A DNA stretch of 32,280 nt from Candidatus Hydrogenedentota bacterium (GCA_046483455.1 JAWODE010000147.1:1-32280), one strand, 5' to 3'. Shown: positions 16,113 through 24,938, numbered from the stretch's first letter. Program-made: numbers and translations. Notes: generated by a model not told the origin, from the sequence alone.

Positions 16113-17455
16113 CTGAACTGAACGATGCAGATAGCTGGTTGTCTTCCGAAGCAACATCGTGCCTGACCGAAATAGGTTTGCGACCGGGGCAGACCGTGCT
16201 CGATTTCGGATGCGGTAAAGGCCGTTACAGTATCCCCGCGGCGCAGGTGATAGGTGAACACGGTAAACTCTACGCCGCGGACAAGAACCCCGCTACGCTG
16301 GAGACAATACATCTCTGGGCTTCAACCATGGGAATCGGCCACATTGACACGCTAGACACCCATGGCAAAGTTTATACGCCCTTAAAAAAGAACTCCGTTG
16401 ACGCAGCGTTGCTCCACGATGTCCTGCACTTGATTGGATGGAAGGAAAAAGCGGGACGAACCATTCGAAAAAGCACCTATCGAGACCGTGAATCGCTTCT
16501 CCAGGAAATGTATCGAATCTTAAAATGCAACGGCATTCTGTCTGTTTTTTGCCCCCACCTTGCAACACACACGGACGTTACTTCGGAATACGCCATCATC
16601 CGAGAAATCATGAATGCAGGCTTCCGCCTTGAAAGAGAAATGTACCGGGAGATTATCCACGATGATCGCCTGCAGCAGAGTCATCTCTGCCGCTTTTCGA
16701 AGAAATGCTCCAGCGCCGAAAATGAAGAACCTTTTGCTTTCTCCTATGACGCCCCCTTGTTCCAAAAAGCGCTGAGAAACGACGGACACCATTTCGGCGA
16801 GGTACTTGTGCTCGCAAACCTCGTAGAACCTGGAATGACAGTTCTCGAACTTGGCGCCAACCGCGGCGTTACGACCGTTGCGCTTGCCAGGGCCACCGGT
16901 TTAGAAGGACAAGTCCACGCCTTTGAACCCGTTCCCGAATACTATGCGGCGCTCGTACAAAATCTACAACGAAACAGAATAGAGAACACCCAAGTTCATC
17001 AATTCGCCGTTACCGACAAAGAAAGTGTCTCTTCCTACTATAAGCACGGGGAAGGCAGTGGAATCGTACACGCGCATGAGGCTGAGACTATCCTCGTCGG
17101 AACCACTTCTCTCGACCACTTTGTAAAGACAGAAGATGTCGGCCAAGTTGACGTTATCAACATGGATTGCGAAGGAGCCGAATTGCTTGCGCTTCAAGGG
17201 GCAACGAACACGTTGCAAAAGCATGCCCCGCGAATATTTTGTGAGATTCATCATGAGTATCTTTCACGCATAGGTCAATCGGTCGGCGATATCGTGACCT
17301 TCCTGCATGCGCTCGATTTTCGCGCCATGCCGATCCGTGTCGAAGCACTCGGCGAACACGTTGGGTTCGAGGACTGCACCCACATCTACGCAGCAAAAGA
17401 CGAGCCCCTCCCGGACATCAAGTCCTTATTTCGTTGGCGCCGAGAAGGAATTTGA
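16109..17455 (+). CDS. Fusion of a class I SAM methyltransferase and an FkbM-family methyltransferase
   Basis: N-terminal domain: VLDFGCGKGRYSIPAA...LYAADKNP. C-terminal domain: VLELGANRGVTTVALA...HAFEPVPEYY...VDVINMDCEGAELLAL. ATGA overlap with the upstream gene. Confidence 0.75.
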   Translation: MTELNDADSWLSSEATSCLTEIGLRPGQTVLDFGCGKGRYSIPAAQVIGEHGKLYAADKNPATLETIHLWASTMGIGHIDTLDTHGKVYTPLKKNSVDAALLHDVLHLIGWKEKAGRTIRKSTYRDRESLLQEMYRILKCNGILSVFCPHLATHTDVTSEYAIIREIMNAGFRLEREMYREIIHDDRLQQSHLCRFSKKCSSAENEEPFAFSYDAPLFQKALRNDGHHFGEVLVLANLVEPGMTVLELGANRGVTTVALARATGLEGQVHAFEPVPEYYAALVQNLQRNRIENTQVHQFAVTDKESVSSYYKHGEGSGIVHAHEAETILVGTTSLDHFVKTEDVGQVDVINMDCEGAELLALQGATNTLQKHAPRIFCEIHHEYLSRIGQSVGDIVTFLHALDFRAMPIRVEALGEHVGFEDCTHIYAAKDEPLPDIKSLFRWRREGI

Positions 17456-17461
17456 AAAACT

Positions 17462-17626
17462 ATGGTCTATATAGACGAACAACGCTGTATCGGATGTGGC
17501 ACCTGTGTTTCAGTGTGCCCGTCAGGTTTCGAGTTGATAGAAGGAAAAGCCAAGGTAAAAGACGAGACGGCGGATTGCATACAAGACGCGGTGATAGCAT
17601 GCCCGCGAGGCGCTATCACGACATGA
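17462..17626 (+). CDS. Small single-cluster ferredoxin (54 aa)
   Basis: Below the ORF-track length cutoff. MVYIDEQRCIGCGTCVSVCPSGFELIEGKAKVKDETADCIQDAVIACPRGAITT contains CxxCxxCxxxCP and a distal CP. It starts 6 nt after the upstream stop. Confidence 0.8.
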   Translation: MVYIDEQRCIGCGTCVSVCPSGFELIEGKAKVKDETADCIQDAVIACPRGAITT

Positions 17627-17676
17627 GTTCGAGTCTCATGCTATCCGATTCGCTTGCGAAATAAGGAGGATAAAAA

Positions 17677-18045
17677 ATGGAAAAGCCTCTGCTTCGGAGT
17701 TGTGAAGCCTGCGGCAAAGAAATAAGCCGCCATAGCGCTTTTTGCCGCCATTGCGGCCACCCTCAGAAACTGCCTCTTATTATGTGGCTATTGGTGCTTT
17801 TTCTGCTTATGATGGTGGCGTTCTATCTCGCGTTTTGCATCTATTGCATGCTAAACGTGCAAGGATTACGGGTCATGCAACAAGCACTTGCGGACTCGGC
17901 CTATGGCACTCAACACAGCATGTCTCATGCCACGGTTCATGTTTTCCCCCTTCCCTGTGTCGGACCAATCGTTGCGGTGTGTCGAAACCGGCTTTCAGGA
18001 AACGCTTCAATTGCTCCACCGTCGCTCGACAGGCCAAAGGATTAA
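17677..18045 (+). CDS. Zinc-ribbon membrane protein, function unknown
   Basis: AAGGAGGA RBS. CEACG...CRHCG zinc ribbon followed by one hydrophobic helix (LPLIMWLLVLFLLMMVAFYLAFCIYCML). Confidence 0.6.
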   Translation: MEKPLLRSCEACGKEISRHSAFCRHCGHPQKLPLIMWLLVLFLLMMVAFYLAFCIYCMLNVQGLRVMQQALADSAYGTQHSMSHATVHVFPLPCVGPIVAVCRNRLSGNASIAPPSLDRPKD

Positions 18046-18054
18046 GGTGATGTT

Positions 18055-19005
18055 ATGAAATACGTGTTTGGACCTGTTCCCTCCCGGCGGCTTGGCCGGT
18101 CACTGGGCGTAGACCTCGTCCCCTTTAAGACGTGCAGCTACGACTGCATCTACTGCCAATTGGGACGAACAACCAACAAGACCACGGAAAGGCGTGAATG
18201 GGTTCCCATTGACGATGTCCTCGAGGAGATCAAGGACAAAATCGCTTCGAAACCCGACTACATAACGCTAAGCGGGTCCGGCGAACCCACGCTATCCACA
18301 CGTCTGGGAGACCTTATCGAAGGAATACACACTATCACCAACACCCCGGTAGCCGTGCTTACCAATGGCTCTCTCCTCTGGCAAAAAACCCTTCGTGAAG
18401 AACTGGCGGGCGCACAACTTATCGTGCCTTCCCTGGACGCGGGCGATGGACACATGTTCGACTCCGTAAACCGGCCCCATCCCGACATATCGTTCGAGCA
18501 CCTGATCGAGGGGCTGGTTGCCGTAGGCGGCGAGTTCTCAGGAACCATTTGGCTCGAAGTCTTTATTCTGGGAGGCTACACAGCCGGCGCGGCCGAAATC
18601 GAAAAGATTAACAGGTGGGTAAAACAGATCAAACCGGACCGTGTGCAAATCAACACGGTAACCCGCCCTCCTGCTGAAGACTTCGCGGTCGCGGTAGAGC
18701 GGCCAAAGCTCGAATTTCTCGCGTCATTATTCGAGCCGAAAGCGGAGGTCATCGCGGATTTCCTCAGTGTTCATGCACAAGCGGATTTTTCCGCCACGCG
18801 TGAAACCGTTCTTCAATTACTGGAACGTCGCCCCTGCTCGTTGGACGATATTGCCGAAGGACTCGGGATTCACCGAAACGAAGCCGTCAAGTATGTCGAG
18901 GAACTGCTTGCTATGCAACAAATAGAAACCGTCAAATCCGGAGAGCGGATCTACTATCGCATATCACAAGCCCGTCCCCCGACGGCCGACATTTTGGATC
19001 AGTGA
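18055..19005 (+). CDS. Radical SAM protein (COG0731-like) with a C-terminal winged-helix-like domain
   Basis: FGPVPSRRLGRSLGVDLVPFKTCSYDCIYCQLG (CX3CX2C), SGSGEPTL and VPSLDA. The C-terminus RRPCSLDDIAEGLGIHRNEAVKYVEELL looks HTH-like. Confidence 0.8.
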   Translation: MKYVFGPVPSRRLGRSLGVDLVPFKTCSYDCIYCQLGRTTNKTTERREWVPIDDVLEEIKDKIASKPDYITLSGSGEPTLSTRLGDLIEGIHTITNTPVAVLTNGSLLWQKTLREELAGAQLIVPSLDAGDGHMFDSVNRPHPDISFEHLIEGLVAVGGEFSGTIWLEVFILGGYTAGAAEIEKINRWVKQIKPDRVQINTVTRPPAEDFAVAVERPKLEFLASLFEPKAEVIADFLSVHAQADFSATRETVLQLLERRPCSLDDIAEGLGIHRNEAVKYVEELLAMQQIETVKSGERIYYRISQARPPTADILDQ

Positions 19006-19024
19006 TCGATGAAGGGGAACGATC

Positions 19025-19957
19025 ATGACAGAAAATAAACCGCCGATTATTGAAATCAAAGATCTCCATGTTGCGTTCAAAACGCCGCTTGGGCGGTCCG
19101 TGACCGCCGTCGACGGGCTCGATCTGTCCGTCAAACAGGGCGAAGTCGTTGGTTTCATCGGGCCCAACGGCGCGGGCAAAACGACCACCATCAAGGTGCT
19201 CATGGGATTCATCAAGCCTGACGAGGGAGACGTGCGTGTTTTCGGCGAAGCCGCGGGCTCTACCGAAGCACGGCGCCGCATCGGCTACCTCCCTGAAGTG
19301 GCCGTCTACTATCCCTTCCTGACCGCCCGCGAAGCACTCCGCCTCTACGCAAAACTTGCCGGCATACCACGAGACGGCCGCGAACAGGTCATCACCGAAT
19401 TGATCCAGAAAGTCGGTTTAGCCGGCCGGGACCGTGAACGGCTCAGCGGCTACTCGAAAGGCATGCTGCAACGAGTAGGGATTGCGCAAGCCATCATGGG
19501 CGATCCGGAAGCCCTTATCCTCGATGAAGTGACATCCGGTCTCGATCCCGTGGCCCGGCACGATGTCCGCGCAATCCTTATGGATTTCAAAACGCAAGGC
19601 AAAACGGTCTTTTTCTCCTCCCACGAACTGACTGAAGTGACCTTGTTATGTGACCGTATCATCCTGCTCGATGAAGGTAACGTTATCGAAGAAAACGAAC
19701 TCGCCCATCTCTTGGCCTCGTCGAAATCCGTAGTTATACGAGTGCAACAAGACGGTTCCCCGGCCACAGTGCCCGATAGCATTATCGTGCGCACCGCCGG
19801 AGCAACCGAGCAGGCCTATGCCGCGGATAGTTGGGAAAGCGCGGAGGCTTTCCGCAATCAGTTGGAAGCCGAAGGCGCGAACATTCTCGATGTGAAAGAG
19901 GAACCGCCCTCGCTGGAAGACTATTTCGTTCGAAAACTCGGCCACAAAACAACCTGA
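19025..19957 (+). CDS. ABC transporter ATP-binding protein
   Basis: Walker A GPNGAGKTT, signature LSGYSKGMLQRVGIA, Walker B ALILDEVTSGLD, and an extra C-terminal domain of about 70 aa. Confidence 0.9.
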   Translation: MTENKPPIIEIKDLHVAFKTPLGRSVTAVDGLDLSVKQGEVVGFIGPNGAGKTTTIKVLMGFIKPDEGDVRVFGEAAGSTEARRRIGYLPEVAVYYPFLTAREALRLYAKLAGIPRDGREQVITELIQKVGLAGRDRERLSGYSKGMLQRVGIAQAIMGDPEALILDEVTSGLDPVARHDVRAILMDFKTQGKTVFFSSHELTEVTLLCDRIILLDEGNVIEENELAHLLASSKSVVIRVQQDGSPATVPDSIIVRTAGATEQAYAADSWESAEAFRNQLEAEGANILDVKEEPPSLEDYFVRKLGHKTT

Positions 19958-19998
19958 TTGGTTTAGCAAGGCAAAGCACTGGTTTAGGGAGAACGACA

Positions 19999-20766
19999 AT
20001 GGAAAGATTGCTCGGCATCGCGCAGGTAACTATCCTCGAATCGGTCCGGCGAAAAGACCCCTACGTTGTGCTCATCCTCGGTTTCGCCATTGTACTCGGG
20101 GCTGGTTTGTTCAACCAGTTCGGCATCGAAGGACTCGAGAAATTCGTCAAAGACGTCGCCTTAACCGTCACCAACGTCCTCTGTATCGTCATCTGCGTCG
20201 TAGCGGCAGCGCGCCAGCTTCCGGTTGAAATCGCCAACCGCACCCTTTACCCGCTACTGGCTAAACCGGTCGGCCGAACAACCATCTTCCTGGGCAAATA
20301 TGTGGGCGTCGGACTGATGAGTTCCGCTGTCGTGGTGCTTTTCTGGGTGGAATTGCAAATTCTTTTCATGATGTTCGGAGTTTCGTCGGGAGCCATTTTT
20401 TTCCAGGCCATGTACCTACGGATACTCTCGATGTGGCTGATCGCCGCGGTGGTGGTGACGCTATCCCTGTTCCTTACGCATGGTGCGAACGTGACGGTTT
20501 CCTTATTGCTTTGCCTGGCCATGAGCACCTTTGCAAATACCATCCTGGCAATACACAGCGAACTGCAGGGAGCCGCACGCTGGCTTGCCGAAGGACTCTA
20601 CTGGGTCGTTCCCCATTTGGAACTTTTCGATCTTTCAAAAAAAGTCATTCATGAATGGCCGTCCATTCCTGCCTGGGCCCTCGTCGCGTTAACGGCCTAT
20701 GCGGTCCTCTACGCGGCCTTGTTTATCGCCCTTGGGTCCTGGCGTTTTCGGCGCACCGCCTTATAG
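19999..20766 (+). CDS. ABC-2-type transporter permease
   Basis: About six hydrophobic segments. The E..NRTLYPLLAKPVGRTTIFLGKY block is typical of ABC-2/NosY-like permeases. ATG 19999 is chosen; the track start at 19831 overlaps the ATPase gene. Confidence 0.7.
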   Translation: MERLLGIAQVTILESVRRKDPYVVLILGFAIVLGAGLFNQFGIEGLEKFVKDVALTVTNVLCIVICVVAAARQLPVEIANRTLYPLLAKPVGRTTIFLGKYVGVGLMSSAVVVLFWVELQILFMMFGVSSGAIFFQAMYLRILSMWLIAAVVVTLSLFLTHGANVTVSLLLCLAMSTFANTILAIHSELQGAARWLAEGLYWVVPHLELFDLSKKVIHEWPSIPAWALVALTAYAVLYAALFIALGSWRFRRTAL

Positions 20767-20794
20767 GGCGCCAAAAAAATGCAGGAGGCTGATT

Positions 20795-21727
20795 ATGTGG
20801 TCAAAATTGTTTCCTTTGGTATTGATTCCCGGCTTTGCCCTCTGCGGGCTTCTTGTTCGATTCCACGATGCCCGGATTGAAGAAGTGCGCGCCCAATTCA
20901 CCACCGAGGAAATGCAAGCCGCAAAGGAATCCATCGCCCTCAGCTTGATGGGCCAAATCCAGTTTACCGCACACAGTCTTATTTGGATGAAAACCCTTGA
21001 ATACCTTCACTACGGCGTCGCGTTGCGCATGCCCACCGCCGCTGAAGAAAGACAGGGCCTCCACGCCCATGAAGCAACCGACGTCGCCACGGGTTTATCC
21101 CATAAATGCGGGGTTCCGGTGGCTTTAGCCGAGAAAGTGGACTGGCGTGGACCGGTAGGCAAACTTCACCGGACGATTACCCCTCACATGGAAATCCATC
21201 GCCACAGCGCCCCTACCGAACTCATTCCCTGGTACCAACTTACCCTCAAACTGAACCCCAACATCGAACGTCTTTACTCCCTCGAAGCATTTTTCCTGGC
21301 GGACTTCGCCAACGAACCGCAGCAAGCTTACGAATTGCTCGAAGCCGGCGTCGAGGCAAATCCCTGGACATTCGAGATTCGCGCCGCCCTCGGGCGGCAT
21401 ATCTTCGACTATCACGAACAACTCGGCATTCCGCCCGAAAAAGCATATGAACAAGCGGCACAAATACTGCAAGAAGCCGTGGACCATGGAAAAGAAGAAA
21501 AGGCACGTCTTGAAAATACCGACAGTCAATTCGATGAATATCAGGAGCAATTGTTCGCGGAGTCTTACCTCTTTCTGGCCAAAAGTCTGACGGAACTGGG
21601 GCAGTATGAAGACGCCCTGGCCCTATGTGAGGAAGGATTTAAAGCGACCGGCCATAACCTTCTCAAGGTGCAGAAACGCGTCACCAAAAAACGTATGAAT
21701 AAGGAGAACGCGACTGCTTGGAACTAA
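20795..21727 (+). CDS. Membrane-anchored helical-repeat (TPR-like) protein, function unknown
   Basis: AGGAGG RBS before ATG 20795. N-terminal hydrophobic anchor MWSKLFPLVLIPGFALCGLL, then alpha-helical repeat-like sequence (LAKSLTELGQYEDALALCEEG). Confidence 0.55.
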   Translation: MWSKLFPLVLIPGFALCGLLVRFHDARIEEVRAQFTTEEMQAAKESIALSLMGQIQFTAHSLIWMKTLEYLHYGVALRMPTAAEERQGLHAHEATDVATGLSHKCGVPVALAEKVDWRGPVGKLHRTITPHMEIHRHSAPTELIPWYQLTLKLNPNIERLYSLEAFFLADFANEPQQAYELLEAGVEANPWTFEIRAALGRHIFDYHEQLGIPPEKAYEQAAQILQEAVDHGKEEKARLENTDSQFDEYQEQLFAESYLFLAKSLTELGQYEDALALCEEGFKATGHNLLKVQKRVTKKRMNKENATAWN

Positions 21728-22863
21728 CCAACAAGCGCCAAGCCGATCTCGTTGTTAAGTTCAAACCCAAGGTCTGTGGGCCGCAATCTTTCATTGCATT
21801 CTTCAAGAAGCCCCCGGGCCACCAACCCCTTCAAAACCGGCCCAAAATCCTCTTCGAGAGGACTCCCGAAACGCGCCAAATACGCGCCGCGCGTCAAGCC
21901 CTCGCGCAGCCGGAAATGTTGTATCAGCGTCTCCACACGCACGTCATGCTCCGACAAAGGCTCCACGTCCGCCTTCATGCCCGGCCCTTTCATGTAGGCA
22001 TCAGGAGAGATTTCGTTCATCGAGCGGATACCGGCGATAAATGAATAGGCGCCAGGCCCAAAGCCCGCATACTCCAGATTCCGCCAGTAATAGAGGTTGT
22101 GCCGGCACACATACCCCGGACGGGCAAAATTAGACACCTCATACCGTTCATAGTCGCGCAGTACCTCACGGATCAAGCGGTAACACTCGAGTGCCACATC
22201 GTCGTCGATGGCCTCACCGGCCCGTGCGCCAAAAGGCGTTCCCTTTTCATAAGTCAACCCGTAACACGAGACGTGCGGAGGCGCAAACACCGCACATTCA
22301 GCCAGGGTCGCTTCCCAGGAAAGCACCGGCGGGGCTCCATAGATCAGGTCCATGCTCCAGTTGCCAAACCGTTCCGCAACGGTCTCACATGCGTCCCGCG
22401 CTACCGCCGCGTTATGCCGCCGGCCAAGATAGCGCAACACGGCATCGTCAAAGCTTTGAACACCGAGACTCACGCGGTTTACGCCGAGGCCGCTCCACCC
22501 TTCCGCGAGGGCAGGCGTGACATCATCCGGATTCGCCTCAATCGTGATCTCGGGCTCGGGAAGCACAAAACGTTTCCGTACCGCCTGCAAAATGCGGTCG
22601 AGCTGGTGCAGTCTCAACAGAGATGGCGTGCCCCCTCCAATAAACACCGTTTCCGCCGTATCCCGCGCGCTGAACGTTTCAATCTCGGTCACCAGCGCAT
22701 CCACGTACGCCTCCGGCGGTGCTTCATCTATCCGCACACGGTTGAAATCGCAGTACGGACACAGCGTACGACAATACGGCACGTGAAGGTAAACGCCGAT
22801 CACAAAGAGGCGGCTCCCCCTTTCCGCGCTTCCTCGAAGAAGCCCGGCGGTGGTATCAACCAA
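21724..22863 (-). CDS. hemW: Radical SAM heme chaperone HemW (coproporphyrinogen III oxidase-like)
   Basis: VYLHVPYCRTLCPYCDFN, IGGGTPS, VNRVSLGVQSF. The exact start is uncertain (TTG at 22863 in the track). Confidence 0.85.
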   Translation of the reverse strand: MVDTTAGLLRGSAERGSRLFVIGVYLHVPYCRTLCPYCDFNRVRIDEAPPEAYVDALVTEIETFSARDTAETVFIGGGTPSLLRLHQLDRILQAVRKRFVLPEPEITIEANPDDVTPALAEGWSGLGVNRVSLGVQSFDDAVLRYLGRRHNAAVARDACETVAERFGNWSMDLIYGAPPVLSWEATLAECAVFAPPHVSCYGLTYEKGTPFGARAGEAIDDDVALECYRLIREVLRDYERYEVSNFARPGYVCRHNLYYWRNLEYAGFGPGAYSFIAGIRSMNEISPDAYMKGPGMKADVEPLSEHDVRVETLIQHFRLREGLTRGAYLARFGSPLEEDFGPVLKGLVARGLLEECNERLRPTDLGFELNNEIGLALVG

Positions 22864-23148
22864 TTAATTTTCTGCCATAAGCTTATCGAAATGTTCCACC
22901 GTCATGGCCGGGCAGCTTGTGAACGTGATCCCCGTTGCTTTCGAGAGCTTAACAGAAGCCTTCATGGCCTCCTGCGTCCCTGGGAGATCCACGATGAATA
23001 CCAAATCGTACGGTCCGAGAAGGGCATACATCTCCTTGACCTTCCCGCCAAAACTTTCAAACAAGGCCACCGCTTCTTGGGTGCGTTCCGCGGTGATTTT
23101 CCGTACCGACTCAGCACTGTATTCACCAAACATGAAAAACATGGACAT
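22864..23148 (-). CDS. GYD-domain protein
   Basis: About 94 aa with FMFGEYSAES...LLGPYDLVFIVDLP, typical of the GYD family. Confidence 0.7.
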   Translation of the reverse strand: MSMFFMFGEYSAESVRKITAERTQEAVALFESFGGKVKEMYALLGPYDLVFIVDLPGTQEAMKASVKLSKATGITFTSCPAMTVEHFDKLMAEN

Positions 23149-23486
23149 CTCGCCCTCCTTTCACGGACATACCGGCAACCCGCCGGAAAGACACCGTAAC
23201 CCTTTATCGACAGCCATTATACTCCTTGTAGGAAAAATCACCGCATCAGAATCGGCGCTCGGACAATACGGCCCCTTCGCATTCTGGCAGCAGAAACCCT
23301 TGTCAAGAAATAATTTAGTACGCTTCCTCCTACTCAGACCAATGGTACCGTGGTCCTTGAGGCCGAGTTGGGGATGTTATCCCCCGCCGACGCAATGGAG
23401 GTGGGCGCAGATGCCGCGCTCATAGACATGGCACCTGAGTATACGGCCCGCCAACCTCACATTATCTTGGCGTCAGGCCAGGCTAA

Positions 23487-24500
23487 CTACTCCCGCAGCA
23501 ATACGTTACAAGTGAGCCGGAGTTTCTCGAGCATCTTGCGAAAAAGCCCGCCTTTGCGCGCCCAACCGCGTAATCCTACGATCAGCTTTCGCTGAATCCG
23601 GTAACGCGTCAGCTTAGGACTCTTAGGCGGCCGCACCCCCTCCCCCGCTTCCTCGAGAGGTTTCCACAGCTTCTCAAGAGGGTATCCGAACACGGCAAGG
23701 TCCTCAGGGTCTATCGACGCGATCACATCCCGCATCAGGTCGGTCTTTTCCGTATCGTGGGCCAATTCCGATACCCATTTCTTGATAGACCCGGTTTGAG
23801 GCCGTCCATGTTGTGCGACCCCAATGGGATCGCCGAGGCCCCCGCGCTTGTCCCCATTGTCTTTGGCACCATAGTCGATGGTCTCTCGCTCAAAGGGGAC
23901 CCCGATATACGCATACGTCTTTTCCATCCAGGTTTCCGGCTCCTTCACCAGATCTTCATACCGCACATGGAAGTGGCTGACGGACTCCTGGCGCAAAAAC
24001 GCCGCAATGGCGGGTACATAACGGTTCAAAATCGGATTGTATTGATGGGCTTTCCTGTAGTCTCCGTCGAAAAACGAGTTGGCGTACGAAGAGAATGTGG
24101 CCAAGGGATGCCGGGTCAAAACCACGTATTTTGCATCCGGAAACACCTTCATCAAAAACGGAAGAATCAACGCATAGGCAGGTGTCTTATCAAGACAGAT
24201 TTCCTTTTCGCTCGACTCCAGAAAACGTCCGTACAGCACATTGCAATAGGCCCGGCAAGCGTCCCAGTAGTCCTGCTCGCCCCCGGGAAGCTCTTGGATA
24301 AAGAGTTTCTGGGCCTCCCCGGCCAGTATATGGTCGTAGGGCGCCTTGTCCACATTGGCCCATATCCCGAGGTGGGCCAGAGGCGTGAGCAGATGGGGCT
24401 CGGGGCCTCCCAGGATCTTGGAGTGGGACTCGAGCATGCGCTCGAGCATTGTGCTGCCGGAACGTGGTGCACTAATGACAAAAAGAAGCGGCACATTCAT
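23487..24500 (-). CDS. Sulfotransferase-family protein
   Basis: N-terminal PAPS 5'-phosphosulfate-binding loop FVISAPRSGSTMLERML and a later VVLTRHPL..FSS block. Confidence 0.7.
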   Translation of the reverse strand: MNVPLLFVISAPRSGSTMLERMLESHSKILGGPEPHLLTPLAHLGIWANVDKAPYDHILAGEAQKLFIQELPGGEQDYWDACRAYCNVLYGRFLESSEKEICLDKTPAYALILPFLMKVFPDAKYVVLTRHPLATFSSYANSFFDGDYRKAHQYNPILNRYVPAIAAFLRQESVSHFHVRYEDLVKEPETWMEKTYAYIGVPFERETIDYGAKDNGDKRGGLGDPIGVAQHGRPQTGSIKKWVSELAHDTEKTDLMRDVIASIDPEDLAVFGYPLEKLWKPLEEAGEGVRPPKSPKLTRYRIQRKLIVGLRGWARKGGLFRKMLEKLRLTCNVLLRE

Positions 24501-24715
24501 TGGATGAGAAATCTCCCTCGGCCTACGCCTATATTTGTCAAGACTTTAGCGGTCAAATTGCCCTTTGTCAACCTATGCAGGCACACACTCTCTTTTCTGG
24601 AATAAGATGGGCAGATGTCTGTGTTATCTCGACGCAGGTGTGCTGTAGTCGCCTGTATAGAGGTAAAGGAGTGAAGGAAAACGCGGAAGGAAAGTCGCGA
24701 CTGAAAGGAAGAACC

Positions 24716-24862
24716 ATGAAGCATCTGAATTACGTTTCGAAACAGACCCCCGTCCATGCAAACATTCTTGAGTCTCTCAAGGACCACCCAAACATTGTGC
24801 AGAGTATTCTCGGACTTGTGACGGCCCCGCTGGAAACAGTCCGCCTGCACCTCAACAAGTAA
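24716..24862 (+). CDS. Small hypothetical protein (48 aa)
   Basis: AAAGGAAG RBS 5 nt before the ATG. A strong terminator lies 28 nt after the stop. No recognisable family. Confidence 0.4.
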   Translation: MKHLNYVSKQTPVHANILESLKDHPNIVQSILGLVTAPLETVRLHLNK

Positions 24863-24890
24863 AACCCCAACCAGACCAGATAACAACACC

Positions 24891-24938
24891 AAAACAAAGC
24901 CTTTTTCGCGGGAAGGGAAAGGCTTTGTTTTGTTTTTT
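24891..24938 (+). terminator. Rho-independent terminator
   Basis: Perfect 14-bp stem AAAACAAAGCCTTT / AAAGGCTTTGTTTT with a 13-nt loop, followed by GTTTTTT. Confidence 0.8.

Noticed and set aside
21724-21727. Convergent genes whose stop codons overlap (TAA on plus, TAG on minus)
   Set aside because: A trivial consequence of compact genome organisation. No hairpin or other signal is present at the junction.
22099-23199. 366-aa plus-strand ORF across hemW and the GYD gene
   Set aside because: It is antisense to two genes with clear family signatures, is Arg/Pro/His-rich and has no recognisable domain. Judged spurious.
23149-23486. 338-nt intergenic region with a GGGGAT-gtt-ATCCCC hairpin (23370-23384) and possible long-range pairing GAGGTGGGCG / CGCCAACCTC; considered as a riboswitch or ncRNA
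   Set aside because: I could not match it to any riboswitch consensus I know (SAM, TPP, cobalamin, c-di-GMP). Pairings of this size are expected by chance in GC-rich DNA.
23757-24605. 282-aa plus-strand ORF opposite the sulfotransferase
   Set aside because: Antisense shadow ORF. It has no motifs and runs through the sulfotransferase start region.
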